DNA of 64,000 nt from Ideonella sp. (GTDB lineage Bacteria; Pseudomonadota; Gammaproteobacteria; Burkholderiales; Burkholderiaceae_C). The notes below the pieces were generated by a model that worked only from the letters and a program-made list of their open reading frames with translations, did not search any database and was not told the DNA's origin. How positions within the stretch are numbered: position 1 is the stretch's first letter; each line of letters starts with the position of its first letter. A program made the position numbers and the translations under genes. The stretch spans positions 13,094-77,093 of the forward strand of contig JANNNE010000075.1 in NCBI GenBank assembly GCA_031398385.1, given 5' to 3'. Shown here piece by piece: positions 37,421 to 47,382 of this stretch.

Positions 37421-39391
37421 GTGCAATCCAGTTTCCCGCGACTGTTGCTCAAGCATGCTGGCGAACGGCCGCAGGCCGCTGCCATGCGCGAGAAGGTTTA
37501 CGGCATCTGGCAGACCACCAGCTGGTCGATGCTCGAAACGCTGGTGCGCGAGCTGGCTGGCGGATTGGCGGCGGCAGGGCTGAAGCGCGACGACCACATC
37601 GTCGTGGTTGGCGACAACCGGCCGCGCCTGTATGCCTCGATGCTCGCAGCGCAGACGCTCGGCGCGGTGCCCATTCCGCTGTACCAGGACGCTGCCGCCA
37701 CCGAATTTGCATTTCCGATCTACAACGCCGACGTGACGATGGCGATCGTCGAGGACCAGGAGCAGGTCGACAAGCTGCTCGAATTGCGCGAGAGCTGCCC
37801 ACAGCTGAACCGGCTCTGGTACGACGATCCGCGCGGTCTGCGCAACTACGACGAAACCGGCCTGGCCTCGCTCGATTCGCTGCTCGAACAGGGCCGTGCG
37901 TGGCTGGCGGCGCACCCCGGCTTCTTCGAGGCCGAAGTCGAGCGGATCAAGCCCGACGATGTGGCTGCGATGTTCTTCACATCCGGCACCACCGGCAACC
38001 CGAAAGGCGTGGTGCACACCCATGCCAGCCTGCTCGACCGGGCCAAGGCCGGGGCCGACTTCGACAAGCTGCGCAACGACGAGGAGGTGCTGGCCTACCT
38101 GCCGCCAGCCTGGATCGGGCAGAACATCTTCAGCTACGCGCAGTGGCTGGTGTGCGGCTATGTCGTCAACTGCCCGGAATCTGCCGCCACCGTGATGATC
38201 GACCTGAAGGAAATCGGGCCGACCTACTATTTCGCGCCGCCGCGGGTATTCGAAGGTCTGTTGACCAGCGTGATGATCCGCATGGAAGACGCGGCCGCGA
38301 TCAAGCGTCGCCTGTTCCACCATTTCATGGCCGTGGCCCGCCGCGTCGGGCCGGCGCTGATGGACGGCAAGACGTTGGGAACGGACGGCCGGGCAATCGG
38401 TGCCCTTGACCGTCTGCAATATGCGATTGGCGGTGCACTGATTTACGGCCCGCTGCGCAACACCTTGGGCCTGAGCCGGGTTCGAGTGGCCTATACCGCG
38501 GGCGAGGCGATCGGTCCGGACCTGTTCACCTTCTACCGCTCGATCGGTGTCAACCTGAAGCAGCTCTACGGCTCGACTGAAACCGCCGTCTTCGTCTGTC
38601 TGCAGCCCGACAACGAGGCGCGCGCCGATACGGTCGGGGTGCCGATCGCCGGGGTCGAGGTGAAGGTCGACGCGAGCGGCGAAATCCTGATCAAGTCGCC
38701 CGGCCTGCTGCGCGAGTATTACAAGAATCCCGCGGCGACCGCTGAGGTGCTCAGCGCCGATGGCTGGTACCACACCGGCGACGCCGGTTTCCTCGATGCC
38801 GGCGGCCACCTGAAGATCATCGACCGCGCGAAGGATGTCGGCCGCCTGGCCGGTGGTGCCAATGACGGCGCGATGTTCGCGCCCAAATATGTCGAGAACA
38901 AGCTGAAGTTTTTCCCGCAGATCAAGGAAGTCGTGGCCTACGGCGACAAGCGCGACACGGTCTGCGTCTTCATCAACATCGACTTCGAAGCCGTTGGCAG
39001 CTGGGCCGAAAAGCGCAACCTGCCTTATGCCGGATATGCCGATCTGGCGCAGAAGCCCGAAGTCTACGAGCTGGTTCGCGAGTGCGTCGAGAAAGTCAAC
39101 GCCGACCTCGCCGCCGACAAGATGCTGGCCGGCAGCCAGGTCAGCCGATTCCTGATCCTGCACAAGGAACTCGACGCCGACGACGGCGAACTGACCCGCA
39201 CCCGGAAGGTTCGGCGTGGCTTCATCGGCGATCGCTACCAGGAATTGGTCGATGCGATGTACGGCGGCAAGACCGAACAGTTCATCGACACCGCGGTCAA
39301 GTTCGAGGACGGTCGCAGCGGCAGCATCTCGGCCACGCTGAAGATCCAGGACGTGAAGACCTTCGCGCCGATCGACGGGAAGGCCGCATGA
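37421..39391 (+). CDS. Long-chain acyl-CoA synthetase (FadD/AMP-binding family)
   Basis: FFTSGTTGNPKG, YGSTE, GWYHTGDAG, IIDRAKD, DGELTRTRKVRR. GTG 37421 with AGGAG RBS. Confidence 0.9.
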   Translation: MQSSFPRLLLKHAGERPQAAAMREKVYGIWQTTSWSMLETLVRELAGGLAAAGLKRDDHIVVVGDNRPRLYASMLAAQTLGAVPIPLYQDAAATEFAFPIYNADVTMAIVEDQEQVDKLLELRESCPQLNRLWYDDPRGLRNYDETGLASLDSLLEQGRAWLAAHPGFFEAEVERIKPDDVAAMFFTSGTTGNPKGVVHTHASLLDRAKAGADFDKLRNDEEVLAYLPPAWIGQNIFSYAQWLVCGYVVNCPESAATVMIDLKEIGPTYYFAPPRVFEGLLTSVMIRMEDAAAIKRRLFHHFMAVARRVGPALMDGKTLGTDGRAIGALDRLQYAIGGALIYGPLRNTLGLSRVRVAYTAGEAIGPDLFTFYRSIGVNLKQLYGSTETAVFVCLQPDNEARADTVGVPIAGVEVKVDASGEILIKSPGLLREYYKNPAATAEVLSADGWYHTGDAGFLDAGGHLKIIDRAKDVGRLAGGANDGAMFAPKYVENKLKFFPQIKEVVAYGDKRDTVCVFINIDFEAVGSWAEKRNLPYAGYADLAQKPEVYELVRECVEKVNADLAADKMLAGSQVSRFLILHKELDADDGELTRTRKVRRGFIGDRYQELVDAMYGGKTEQFIDTAVKFEDGRSGSISATLKIQDVKTFAPIDGKAA

Positions 39392-40254
39392 ACGCACCCG
39401 CCCGCCCGGTCGAGGTCAGCGCTGGCACCGCGGTCGACGCGGCGCGCGAAACGCAGTCTGTCCCCGTTAGCACCGATCGAAAGATAGGCCAGGTGATCCT
39501 CGAGGTGAAGAACATCAGCTTGCGATTCGGTGGCGTGAAGGCGCTGACCGACATCAGCTTCGATGTGCGCGAGCACGAGGTCCGCGCCATCATCGGCCCG
39601 AACGGTGCCGGCAAGAGTTCGATGCTGAACTGCATCAACGGCGTCTATTCGCCGCAGGAAGGCAGCATCACCTTCCGCGGCAAGACCTTCAGCCACATGA
39701 ACAGCCGTCAGGTGGCCAAGATGGGCGTGGCGCGCACGTTCCAGAACCTGGCGCTGTTCAAGGGCATGAACGTGATCGACAACCTGATGACCGGACGCAA
39801 CCTGAAGATGACGACCAACATCTTCCTGCAGGCGCTGCACATCGGCCCCGCGGCGCGCGAGGAAGCGGCGCACCGCGAATATGTCGAGCACATCATCGAT
39901 TTCCTCGAGATCCAGGCCTTTCGCAAGACACCGGTCGGCCGCCTGCCCTACGGCCTGCAAAAACGCGTCGATCTTGGCCGCGCGCTGGCGATGGAGCCGC
40001 AGGTGCTGTTGCTCGACGAACCGATGGCCGGCATGAATGTCGAGGAGAAACAGGACATGTGCCGCTTCATCCTCGATGTGAACGACGAATTCGCGACCAC
40101 GATCGTGCTGATCGAACACGACATGGGTGTGGTGATGGACATTTCCGACCGCGTGGTGGTGCTCGACTACGGCCGCAAGATCGGTGACGGCACGCCGGAA
40201 GAAGTCCGCAACAACGAGGACGTGATCAGCGCGTACCTCGGAACCACCCACTAG
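39388..40254 (+). CDS. Liv-type ABC transporter ATP-binding protein (LivG-like)
   Basis: GPNGAGKS, RTFQNLALF, LLLDEPMAG, IEHDMGVVM, VISAYLG. ATGA overlap with the ligase. Confidence 0.92.
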   Translation: MNAPARPVEVSAGTAVDAARETQSVPVSTDRKIGQVILEVKNISLRFGGVKALTDISFDVREHEVRAIIGPNGAGKSSMLNCINGVYSPQEGSITFRGKTFSHMNSRQVAKMGVARTFQNLALFKGMNVIDNLMTGRNLKMTTNIFLQALHIGPAAREEAAHREYVEHIIDFLEIQAFRKTPVGRLPYGLQKRVDLGRALAMEPQVLLLDEPMAGMNVEEKQDMCRFILDVNDEFATTIVLIEHDMGVVMDISDRVVVLDYGRKIGDGTPEEVRNNEDVISAYLGTTH

Positions 40255-40262
40255 GAGCCGGC

Positions 40263-41192
40263 ATGGGCTTTTTCATCGAGACCCTGATCGGCGGCCTGAT
40301 GGCGGGCATGTTGTATTCGCTGATCGCACTCGGCTTCGTGCTGATCTTCAAGGCCAGCGGGGTGTTCAACTTCGCGCAGGGCGCGATGGTGCTGTTCGCG
40401 GCGCTGGCGATGGCGCGTTTTGCCGAATGGATTCCGGCCTGGCTGGGATTCGAGAACCAGATTCTGGCCAACGTGCTCGGTTTCATTGCCGCGATGGGCG
40501 TGATGGTCATCGCCGCGTGGCTGATCGAAAAGCTGGTGCTCGGCAAACTGGTCAATCAGGAAGGCATCACCTTGCTGATGGCCACGCTGGGCATCACCTA
40601 TTTTCTCGATGGCTTCGGCCAGACGATCTTCGGCAGCGACATCTACAAGATCGACATCGGCCTGCCAAAGGAGCCGACCTTCCTGTTCGAGAACGTGTTC
40701 CAGGGCGGCATCCTGATCAGCAAGGAAGATCTCTATGCCGCGCTGATCGCCGCCTCGCTGGTCGCGCTGCTGACGCTGTTCTTCCAGAAGACCAAGACCG
40801 GGCGCGCGCTGCGTGCAGTCGCCGACGATCACCAGGCGGCGCAGTCGATCGGCATTCCGCTGTCGCGCATCTGGGTCATCGTCTGGAGCGTCGCCGGCTT
40901 CGTCGCGTTGGTGGCCGGAATGATCTGGGGCTCCAAGCTCGGGGTTCAGTTTTCGCTGTCGCTGGTGGCGCTGAAGGCCTTGCCGGTGGTGATTCTCGGC
41001 GGGCTGACGTCGGTGCCGGGCGCGATCGTTGGCGGGCTGCTGATCGGCGTCGGCGAGAAATTGTCCGAGATCTACATCGGCCCGATGCTCGGCGGTGGCA
41101 TCGAGATCTGGTTTGCCTACGTGATGGCGCTGCTGTTCCTGCTGGTGCGTCCGCAAGGCTTGTTCGGGGAGAAGATCATTGACCGCGTCTGA
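40263..41192 (+). CDS. Liv-type ABC transporter permease (LivH-like)
   Basis: YSLIALGFVLIFKASGVFNFAQG, GRALRAVADD, RPQGLFG. Confidence 0.92.
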   Translation: MGFFIETLIGGLMAGMLYSLIALGFVLIFKASGVFNFAQGAMVLFAALAMARFAEWIPAWLGFENQILANVLGFIAAMGVMVIAAWLIEKLVLGKLVNQEGITLLMATLGITYFLDGFGQTIFGSDIYKIDIGLPKEPTFLFENVFQGGILISKEDLYAALIAASLVALLTLFFQKTKTGRALRAVADDHQAAQSIGIPLSRIWVIVWSVAGFVALVAGMIWGSKLGVQFSLSLVALKALPVVILGGLTSVPGAIVGGLLIGVGEKLSEIYIGPMLGGGIEIWFAYVMALLFLLVRPQGLFGEKIIDRV

Positions 41193-41233
41193 CTGCTCCC
41201 GCTTGCACGCCAGAAACCCGAAGGGCTAACCCG

Positions 41234-42298
41234 ATGCTGTATAGAGAAAACGGCCAGTTCAAGACCAGCTACCGGACCGACCAGCAGATCTTTCCGATCC
41301 GCCAGGATCGGGTGCTCATCGGCCTGCTGATGTTCTTCGCTGCGGCGATCGTTCCGTTCATCGCCTCGGAGTATCTGTTCAAGGCGATCCTGATTCCGTT
41401 TCTGATCCTGTCGCTGGCCGCGCTGGGACTGAATATCCTGGTCGGCTATTGCGGTCAGATTTCGCTGGGTACCGGTGCGTTCATGGCGGTCGGAGCGTAT
41501 GCGGCTTACAACTTTGCGGTGCGCATTCCCGGCATGCCGCTGCTGTTTTCGCTGCTGCTCGGCGGCGTCTGTGCCACGGTTGTCGGGGTCTTGTTCGGCA
41601 TACCCTCGCTGCGAATCAAGGGCCTGTATCTGGCGGTGGCGACGCTGGCCGCGCAGTTCTTCGTCGACTGGGCCTTCCTGCGCATCAACTGGTTCACCAA
41701 CAACTCGTCGTCCGGTTCGGTATCGGTTGCCGGGCTGGAAGTATTCGGCTGGATGATCAATACACCGGCGCGCCGCTACCTGTTGTGCCTGGGTTTCCTG
41801 GTCGTTTTCGCGACCTTGGCCAAGAACCTGGTGCGCAGTCACATCGGCCGCGAGTGGATGGCGATCCGCGACATGGACGTCGCGGCGGCGGTGATCGGCA
41901 TTCGTCCGGTCTACGCCAAGCTGACGGCGTTTGCGGTCAGCTCCTTCATCGTCGGCGTGGCTGGCGCCCTGTGGGGCTTCGTGCATCTGGGATCGTGGGA
42001 GCCGGCGGCATTCTCGATCGACCGCTCGTTCCAGCTGCTGTTCATGGTGATCATCGGCGGCCTGGGCTCGATCATGGGCAGCTTCTTCGGCGCCGCCTTC
42101 ATCGTCGTGTTGCCGATCTTGCTCGACAACCTGCCGTACTGGTTCGGCATCCCGATCGATACCGCGCTGGCATCCCACATGACCTTCATGGTGTTCGGCT
42201 CGCTGATCGTCTTCTTCCTGATCGTCGAGCCACACGGCCTGGCGCGTCTGTGGTCGATCGGCAAGGAAAAATTGCGGCTATGGCCCTTCCCCCATTGA
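41234..42298 (+). CDS. Liv-type ABC transporter permease (LivM-like)
   Basis: GLNILVGYCGQISLG, GLYLAVATLA, GREWMAIRD, IIGGLGS, EPHGLA. Confidence 0.92.
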   Translation: MLYRENGQFKTSYRTDQQIFPIRQDRVLIGLLMFFAAAIVPFIASEYLFKAILIPFLILSLAALGLNILVGYCGQISLGTGAFMAVGAYAAYNFAVRIPGMPLLFSLLLGGVCATVVGVLFGIPSLRIKGLYLAVATLAAQFFVDWAFLRINWFTNNSSSGSVSVAGLEVFGWMINTPARRYLLCLGFLVVFATLAKNLVRSHIGREWMAIRDMDVAAAVIGIRPVYAKLTAFAVSSFIVGVAGALWGFVHLGSWEPAAFSIDRSFQLLFMVIIGGLGSIMGSFFGAAFIVVLPILLDNLPYWFGIPIDTALASHMTFMVFGSLIVFFLIVEPHGLARLWSIGKEKLRLWPFPH

Positions 42299-42424
42299 TC
42301 GAGCGGTCGAGCGCGAACGGCGCATCCGCATCAACCCCGACAGCCAAAGACGGCGCAGACCGTTGTTTGTGAACGTTCCACCCCACGCACTGACGAGTGC
42401 GCACATCAACTCCTGGAGACCAAC

Positions 42425-43762
42425 ATGAAACTGAAGTCCCTGATTCTGGCTGGCACGATCGTCGCGGCGGGTGTTGCCGGCCTGGCAACGCCGCCAGCGG
42501 CACACGCGGCGGGCAAGGAGCAGTTCTTTCCGGTGCTGGTCTACCGCACCGGCGCCTACGCACCGAACGGTGTGCCGTTCGCAAACGGCTATGTCGACTA
42601 TCTGAAGCTGGTCAATGCCAAGGGCGGCATCAACGGTGTCAAGGTCAGCTGGGAAGAATGCGAAACCGGCTACGCGACCGACAAGGGCGTGGAGTGCTAC
42701 GAACGGCTGAAGGGCAAGGAAGGCGGCGCGACGGTCTTCCAGCCGCTGTCGACAGGCATCACCTTTGCGCTGACCGAAAAGGCGCCGAACGACAAGATCC
42801 CGCTGATCACCTCGGGCTATGGCCGCAGCGAAAGCGCCGATGGCGGGATCTTCAAGTGGAACTTCCCGCTGGTCGGCACCTACTGGGTCGCCGCCGACAT
42901 CCTGATCCAGTACCTTGGCAAGAAGGAAGGCGGGCTCGACAAGCTGAAGGGCAAGAAGATCGCGCTGGTCTATCACGACAGCCCCTTCGGCAAGGAGCCG
43001 ATCCCGCTGCTTCAGGAACGCGTGAAGATGCACGGCTTCGAATTGCAGCTGCTGCCGGTGACACACCCCGGTGTCGAGCAGAAGGCAACCTGGCTGCAGA
43101 TTCGCCAGGGTCGACCCGACTATGTGCTGCTGTGGGGCTGGGGCGTGATGAACTCGACCGCCCTGAAGGAGGCGGTTGCCACCGGCTACCCGCGCGAGAA
43201 GATGTACGGCGTGTGGTGGTCGGGTGCCGAGCCCGATGTGAGGGACGTCGGCGCGGGCGCCAAAGGCTATAACGCGCTGGCGCTGCAGCACGGTGCCGAG
43301 CCGAACGCCAAGGTCACCAAGGACATCCTGACCATGGTGCACGGCAAGGGCCAGGGAACCGGCGCGAAAGATGAAGTCGGTGAAGTGTTGTACATGCGCG
43401 GCCTGTCGGCGGCGATGCTTGCGGTCGAGGGTGTTGCGCGTGCACAGGAACGCTTCGGCAAAGGCAAGGTCATGACCGGTGAACAGGCGCGCTGGGGCTA
43501 CGAGAACCTCGCACTTGACCAGAAGAAGCTCGACGGACTCGGCTTCGCGGGCGTGATGCGGCCGGTGTCGACGTCCTGTGTCGATCACATGGGCGCCTCG
43601 TGGGCCCGCATCCACACCTGGGACGGTGCGAAGTGGAACTTCACCAGCGACTGGCTGCAGGCCGACGATCAGATCCTGAAGCCGATGGTCAGGCAGGCGG
43701 CGGACAAATATGCCAGCGAGAAGAAGCTGACCCGGCGCACGCCGGAGGACTGCCAGAGCTGA
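42425..43762 (+). CDS. Periplasmic ligand-binding protein (LivK/LivJ superfamily)
   Basis: Signal peptide, RTGAYAPNG, GGINGVK, ECETGYATDKGVECYERLK, DSPFGKE. GGAG RBS. Confidence 0.88.
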   Translation: MKLKSLILAGTIVAAGVAGLATPPAAHAAGKEQFFPVLVYRTGAYAPNGVPFANGYVDYLKLVNAKGGINGVKVSWEECETGYATDKGVECYERLKGKEGGATVFQPLSTGITFALTEKAPNDKIPLITSGYGRSESADGGIFKWNFPLVGTYWVAADILIQYLGKKEGGLDKLKGKKIALVYHDSPFGKEPIPLLQERVKMHGFELQLLPVTHPGVEQKATWLQIRQGRPDYVLLWGWGVMNSTALKEAVATGYPREKMYGVWWSGAEPDVRDVGAGAKGYNALALQHGAEPNAKVTKDILTMVHGKGQGTGAKDEVGEVLYMRGLSAAMLAVEGVARAQERFGKGKVMTGEQARWGYENLALDQKKLDGLGFAGVMRPVSTSCVDHMGASWARIHTWDGAKWNFTSDWLQADDQILKPMVRQAADKYASEKKLTRRTPEDCQS

Positions 43763-43826
43763 TCCCCCGAGGGTTGGGGCCTCGTGGTCCGTCGGACTGC
43801 GGAACCGAGGCTCCCGACCCCCCGAC

Positions 43827-43866
43827 CCTCCCTGCCCAGGGAGGACGAAGGGCCCGATCTGGGCCC
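43827..43866 (+). other. Intercistronic hairpins after the binding-protein gene
   Basis: CCTCCCT-GCCC-AGGGAGG and GGGCCC-GATCT-GGGCCC, no U tract. Confidence 0.5.
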
Positions 43867-43916
43867 CTGATCGAAGCGCCGCAACGCGACGTTTCGATGA
43901 GTTCAACATCCAGATC

Positions 43917-44723
43917 ATGAGCAACATTCTTCTCAACGTCAACGGCATCGAAGTCATCTATAACCACGTGATCCTGGTGTTGAAGGGGGTCTCGCTGCAG
44001 GTGCCCGAAGGCAAGGTCGTGGCCTTGCTTGGCGGCAACGGTGCGGGCAAGACGACCACTTTGCGAGCGGTCAGCAACCTGCTGGCCGGCGAACGCGGCG
44101 AAGTGACCAAGGGTTCGATCGAACTGCGCGGCGAGCGCATCGAAAAGCTGTCGACCTCCGACATGGTCAACCGGGGTGTGGTCCAGGTCATGGAAGGACG
44201 CCATTGCTTCGCCCACCTGACGATCGAAGACAACCTGATGACGGGTGCCTACACCCGCCGTGATGGCAATGCCGCGATCAAGGCCACGCTCGACAAGGTC
44301 TACACCTACTTTCCGCGCCTGAAAGAGCGTCGCACGTCGCTGGCTGCCTATACCTCGGGCGGCGAGCAGCAGATGTGCGCGATCGGGCGTGCGCTGATGG
44401 CCAATCCCAAGATGGTCTTGCTCGACGAGCCGTCGATGGGCCTGGCGCCGCAGTTGGTGGAAGAGGTGTTCGAGATCGTCAAGGACCTGAACACCAAGGA
44501 GCAGGTCACGTTTCTGCTGGCCGAACAGAATACGAATATCGCGCTGCGTTATGCCGACTACGGCTACATCCTCGAGAACGGCCGGATCGTGATGGACGGT
44601 GAGGCCAAGGCCTTGCGCGAGAACGAAGATGTGAAGGAGTTCTACCTCGGCATGGGTGGCGGCGAACGCAAGAGCTTTCGCGACGTCAAGAGCTACAAGC
44701 GGCGCAAGCGCTGGCTGGCATGA
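43917..44723 (+). CDS. Liv-type ABC transporter ATP-binding protein (LivF-like)
   Basis: GGNGAGKTT, SGGEQQM, LLDEPSMGLAPQLV, LAEQN, VKEFYLG. Confidence 0.92.
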   Translation: MSNILLNVNGIEVIYNHVILVLKGVSLQVPEGKVVALLGGNGAGKTTTLRAVSNLLAGERGEVTKGSIELRGERIEKLSTSDMVNRGVVQVMEGRHCFAHLTIEDNLMTGAYTRRDGNAAIKATLDKVYTYFPRLKERRTSLAAYTSGGEQQMCAIGRALMANPKMVLLDEPSMGLAPQLVEEVFEIVKDLNTKEQVTFLLAEQNTNIALRYADYGYILENGRIVMDGEAKALRENEDVKEFYLGMGGGERKSFRDVKSYKRRKRWLA

Positions 44724-45019
44724 GCGACGACAGTTTCGGTTTCGCGCCACCCCCCTTCAAGCCCGACGAGGCGCTGCAGCGCCTGAAGCGCGAGTTGCGC
44801 GCCCTCGGCCTGAACGAACGCGAGGGCGCATTCGAACGCCGCGACCGGCTGATGGCGCGCGCTGTCATCGACCAGGGCACGCTGACGGCCGCGATCGCCC
44901 GGGTGCCGTCACGCTCGCCCGAATGGCGCCAACGCACCTTGGCCAGCAGCGCCGATGTGCGCGATTTCGTGGTCGAACTCAAGAAGAACATGGCCCAATG
45001 GACAGAACGTGACGATTGA
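44720..45019 (+). CDS. Hypothetical 99-aa soluble protein
   Basis: ATGA overlap with the LivF-like stop and overlap with the next gene; natural-looking composition (FAPPPFKPDEALQRLKRELR). Confidence 0.75.
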   Translation: MSDDSFGFAPPPFKPDEALQRLKRELRALGLNEREGAFERRDRLMARAVIDQGTLTAAIARVPSRSPEWRQRTLASSADVRDFVVELKKNMAQWTERDD

Positions 45020-46295
45020 CCACAGCAACGCGATTGCCGCCGGTTTCTACGACGCACTCGAATGCCGCGACCCACAGGCGCGCGAACAGGATCTGATGGC
45101 GGCGCTGCCGCAGCAGATCGCGCATGCAAAGTCCGGCACCCGCGCCTTCGCGCAAAGCCTGGCCGGCTTCGACGCCGCGGCGATCACGACGCGGAAGGCT
45201 CTCGCCGGATTGCCGGTCTTGAGGAAGCAGGAGCTTCGTGAACGCCAACAAGGCCTTCGCGACACCGATGTGCTGGGCGGCTTTTCGTCCATCGGCTGGC
45301 GCGGTCTGCTGGCCATGCAGGGCGCGCGCAAGGTATTCCAGTCACCGGGCCCGATCTATGAACCCGAAGGTGAATCCGCCGACTACTGGCGCACCGCCAG
45401 GGCCTTGCACGCGGCCGGATTTCGCAGCGCAGACCTGCTGCACAACAGCTTCAGCTATCACCTGACGCCGGCCGGTTCGATGATGGAATCGGGCGCCCAG
45501 GCACTCGGCTGCACGGTCTTTCCCGGTGGCGTCGGCAACACCGAACTGCAACTGCAGGCGATGTCGGACTTGCGGCCCGACGGTTATGTCGGCACCCCGA
45601 GCTTTCTGAAAATCTTGATCGACAAGGCTGCACAAGCCGGCATCCGCTTGCCCTCGCTGCGCAAGGCGTTGGTCAGCGGCGAGGCATTCCCTGCGCCGTT
45701 GCGCGACTGGTTGAGCGAACGTGGCATCGCTGCCTATCAGTGCTACGCCACTGCAGATGTCGGATTGATCGCTTACGAAACCACGGCGCGCGAAGGCCTG
45801 GTGCTCGACGAGCGGGTGATCGTCGAGATCGTCCGCCCCGGCACTGGCGACCCGGTGCCCGAAGGCGAGGTCGGCGAACTCGTCATCACCACGCTGAACG
45901 CCGACTACCCGCTGGTCCGCTTCGGTACCGGCGACCTTTCCGCGGTGTTGCCGGGGCAGTGCCCGACCGGGCGTACCAACATGCGGATCAAGGGCTGGAT
46001 GGGGCGTGCAGACCAGACCGCCAAGGTGCGCGGCATGTTCGTTCACCCGGACCAGGTGGCTGCGATCACGCGACGCCACCCCGAGATCGTCAAGAGCCGG
46101 CTCGTTGTCAGCGGCGAGATGGCCAGCGACCGGATGACCCTGCACATCGAGGTCGAACGCGCCGCCGACAACCTGACCAACGGCGTGGCCGAAACCATGC
46201 GCGAGATCACCAAGTTGCGCGGGGAGGTCGAGCTCTGCGCGCCGGGCAGCCTGCCCAACGATGGCAAGGTGATCGAGGACACCCGAAAAGTTTGA
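45009..46295 (+). CDS. Phenylacetate-CoA ligase family protein (PaaK-like)
   Basis: FQSPGPIYEP, SYHLTPAG, YVGTPSFL, YATADVG, RFGTGD, GRADQTAKVRGMFV. Probable GTG start at 45009. Confidence 0.85.
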   Translation: MTIDHSNAIAAGFYDALECRDPQAREQDLMAALPQQIAHAKSGTRAFAQSLAGFDAAAITTRKALAGLPVLRKQELRERQQGLRDTDVLGGFSSIGWRGLLAMQGARKVFQSPGPIYEPEGESADYWRTARALHAAGFRSADLLHNSFSYHLTPAGSMMESGAQALGCTVFPGGVGNTELQLQAMSDLRPDGYVGTPSFLKILIDKAAQAGIRLPSLRKALVSGEAFPAPLRDWLSERGIAAYQCYATADVGLIAYETTAREGLVLDERVIVEIVRPGTGDPVPEGEVGELVITTLNADYPLVRFGTGDLSAVLPGQCPTGRTNMRIKGWMGRADQTAKVRGMFVHPDQVAAITRRHPEIVKSRLVVSGEMASDRMTLHIEVERAADNLTNGVAETMREITKLRGEVELCAPGSLPNDGKVIEDTRKV

Positions 46296-46356
46296 GACGC
46301 CCGGAGAGCCAGCAGCGCCAAGAGCCGCGCTGCTTCATGACCGCTCAGGCGCTGCC

Positions 46357-47343
46357 TCAGTCCGCGTACTGGCCGGCTGCCTTGATCACGGCGCGCCATT
46401 TCTCGATCTGTGCTTCGACGAAGCGCTTGTGGCCCTCGCTGGTCAGGCGCTCATCGTTGATGATCACCGCGCCCAGGGCTTCTTCGCGCCTGACGAATTC
46501 GGGGTCTTTGAGGGCACGCTTCAAGGCGCCATTGAGCCTGGCACGAATCGGTGCCGGCGTTCCCTTCGGCGCATACAGGCCATGCCAGATGCTGATGTTG
46601 AAGCCTTTCAGGCCGGCTTCATCGAGCGTCGGCAGCCCGGCCAGCGCCGGCGTCGTCAGCCGGGTGGCCGTCGTCACGCCGAAAACCTTGACCCGGCCGG
46701 CTTCGATCTGGCCGCTGGTGTTGGTGGTCTGATCGCATAACAGATCGACATGGCCGGCAAGCAGGTCGCTCAGCGCCGGTGCCGTTCCCTTGTACGACAC
46801 CGTGTTCATGTTGATGCCGAGGCTTTGCTGCAGCAACAGACCACACAGGTGGGAAGCCGCACCGACGCCGGCATTGGCCAGGTTGATCCGGCCCTTGTTA
46901 CGGGTCAGCCATTGCCGAAGCTCGGCGAAATCGGCGGCCGGCAGGGTCGGACGGCCGATCAAGGTCATCGGCACTTCCGCCAGCACGCCGAGGTATTCGA
47001 AGTCGTTCAGCGTGTCGTATTGCAGGCTGCGGTAAAGCGACGGCGCGGTCGCGATACCGACATGGGCGAGCAGCAAGGTATAGCCGTCGTTGGCCGCCTT
47101 TGCCACCCGCGTGGCAGCCAGGGTTCCGCCGGCACCGGCCACGTTCTCGATCGTGATCGGCTGCGAGCCCAGCGTCTTGCGCATCGCATCGGACAGGTCG
47201 CGCGCCAGCTTGTCGGTCGGGCCGCCGGCCGCGAACGGCACCACCAGGGTGATCGGCTGATCGGGGAAGTCGGCCACGGCGGGAATGCCAAAGGCCAGGC
47301 AACCAGCGCCGAGCAGCCAGGCCAGCGCCCGATGCAGCCTCAT
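46357..47343 (-). CDS. Bug/TctC tripartite tricarboxylate transporter substrate-binding protein
   Basis: FPDQPITLVVPFAAGGPTD, ENVAGAGG, YKGTAPALSDLLAGHVD, WHGLYAPKGTP. Confidence 0.92.
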   Translation of the reverse strand: MRLHRALAWLLGAGCLAFGIPAVADFPDQPITLVVPFAAGGPTDKLARDLSDAMRKTLGSQPITIENVAGAGGTLAATRVAKAANDGYTLLLAHVGIATAPSLYRSLQYDTLNDFEYLGVLAEVPMTLIGRPTLPAADFAELRQWLTRNKGRINLANAGVGAASHLCGLLLQQSLGINMNTVSYKGTAPALSDLLAGHVDLLCDQTTNTSGQIEAGRVKVFGVTTATRLTTPALAGLPTLDEAGLKGFNISIWHGLYAPKGTPAPIRARLNGALKRALKDPEFVRREEALGAVIINDERLTSEGHKRFVEAQIEKWRAVIKAAGQYAD

Positions 47344-47382
47344 GCCCGATGCCCGCGTGTCGTCATCCGAGCAGCCGGCGCG

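Noticed and set aside
42387-42400. CTGACGAG within a small hairpin upstream of the LivK-like gene (hammerhead-core-like)
   Set aside because: No GAAA partner or three-stem architecture is nearby; only a 5-bp hairpin.
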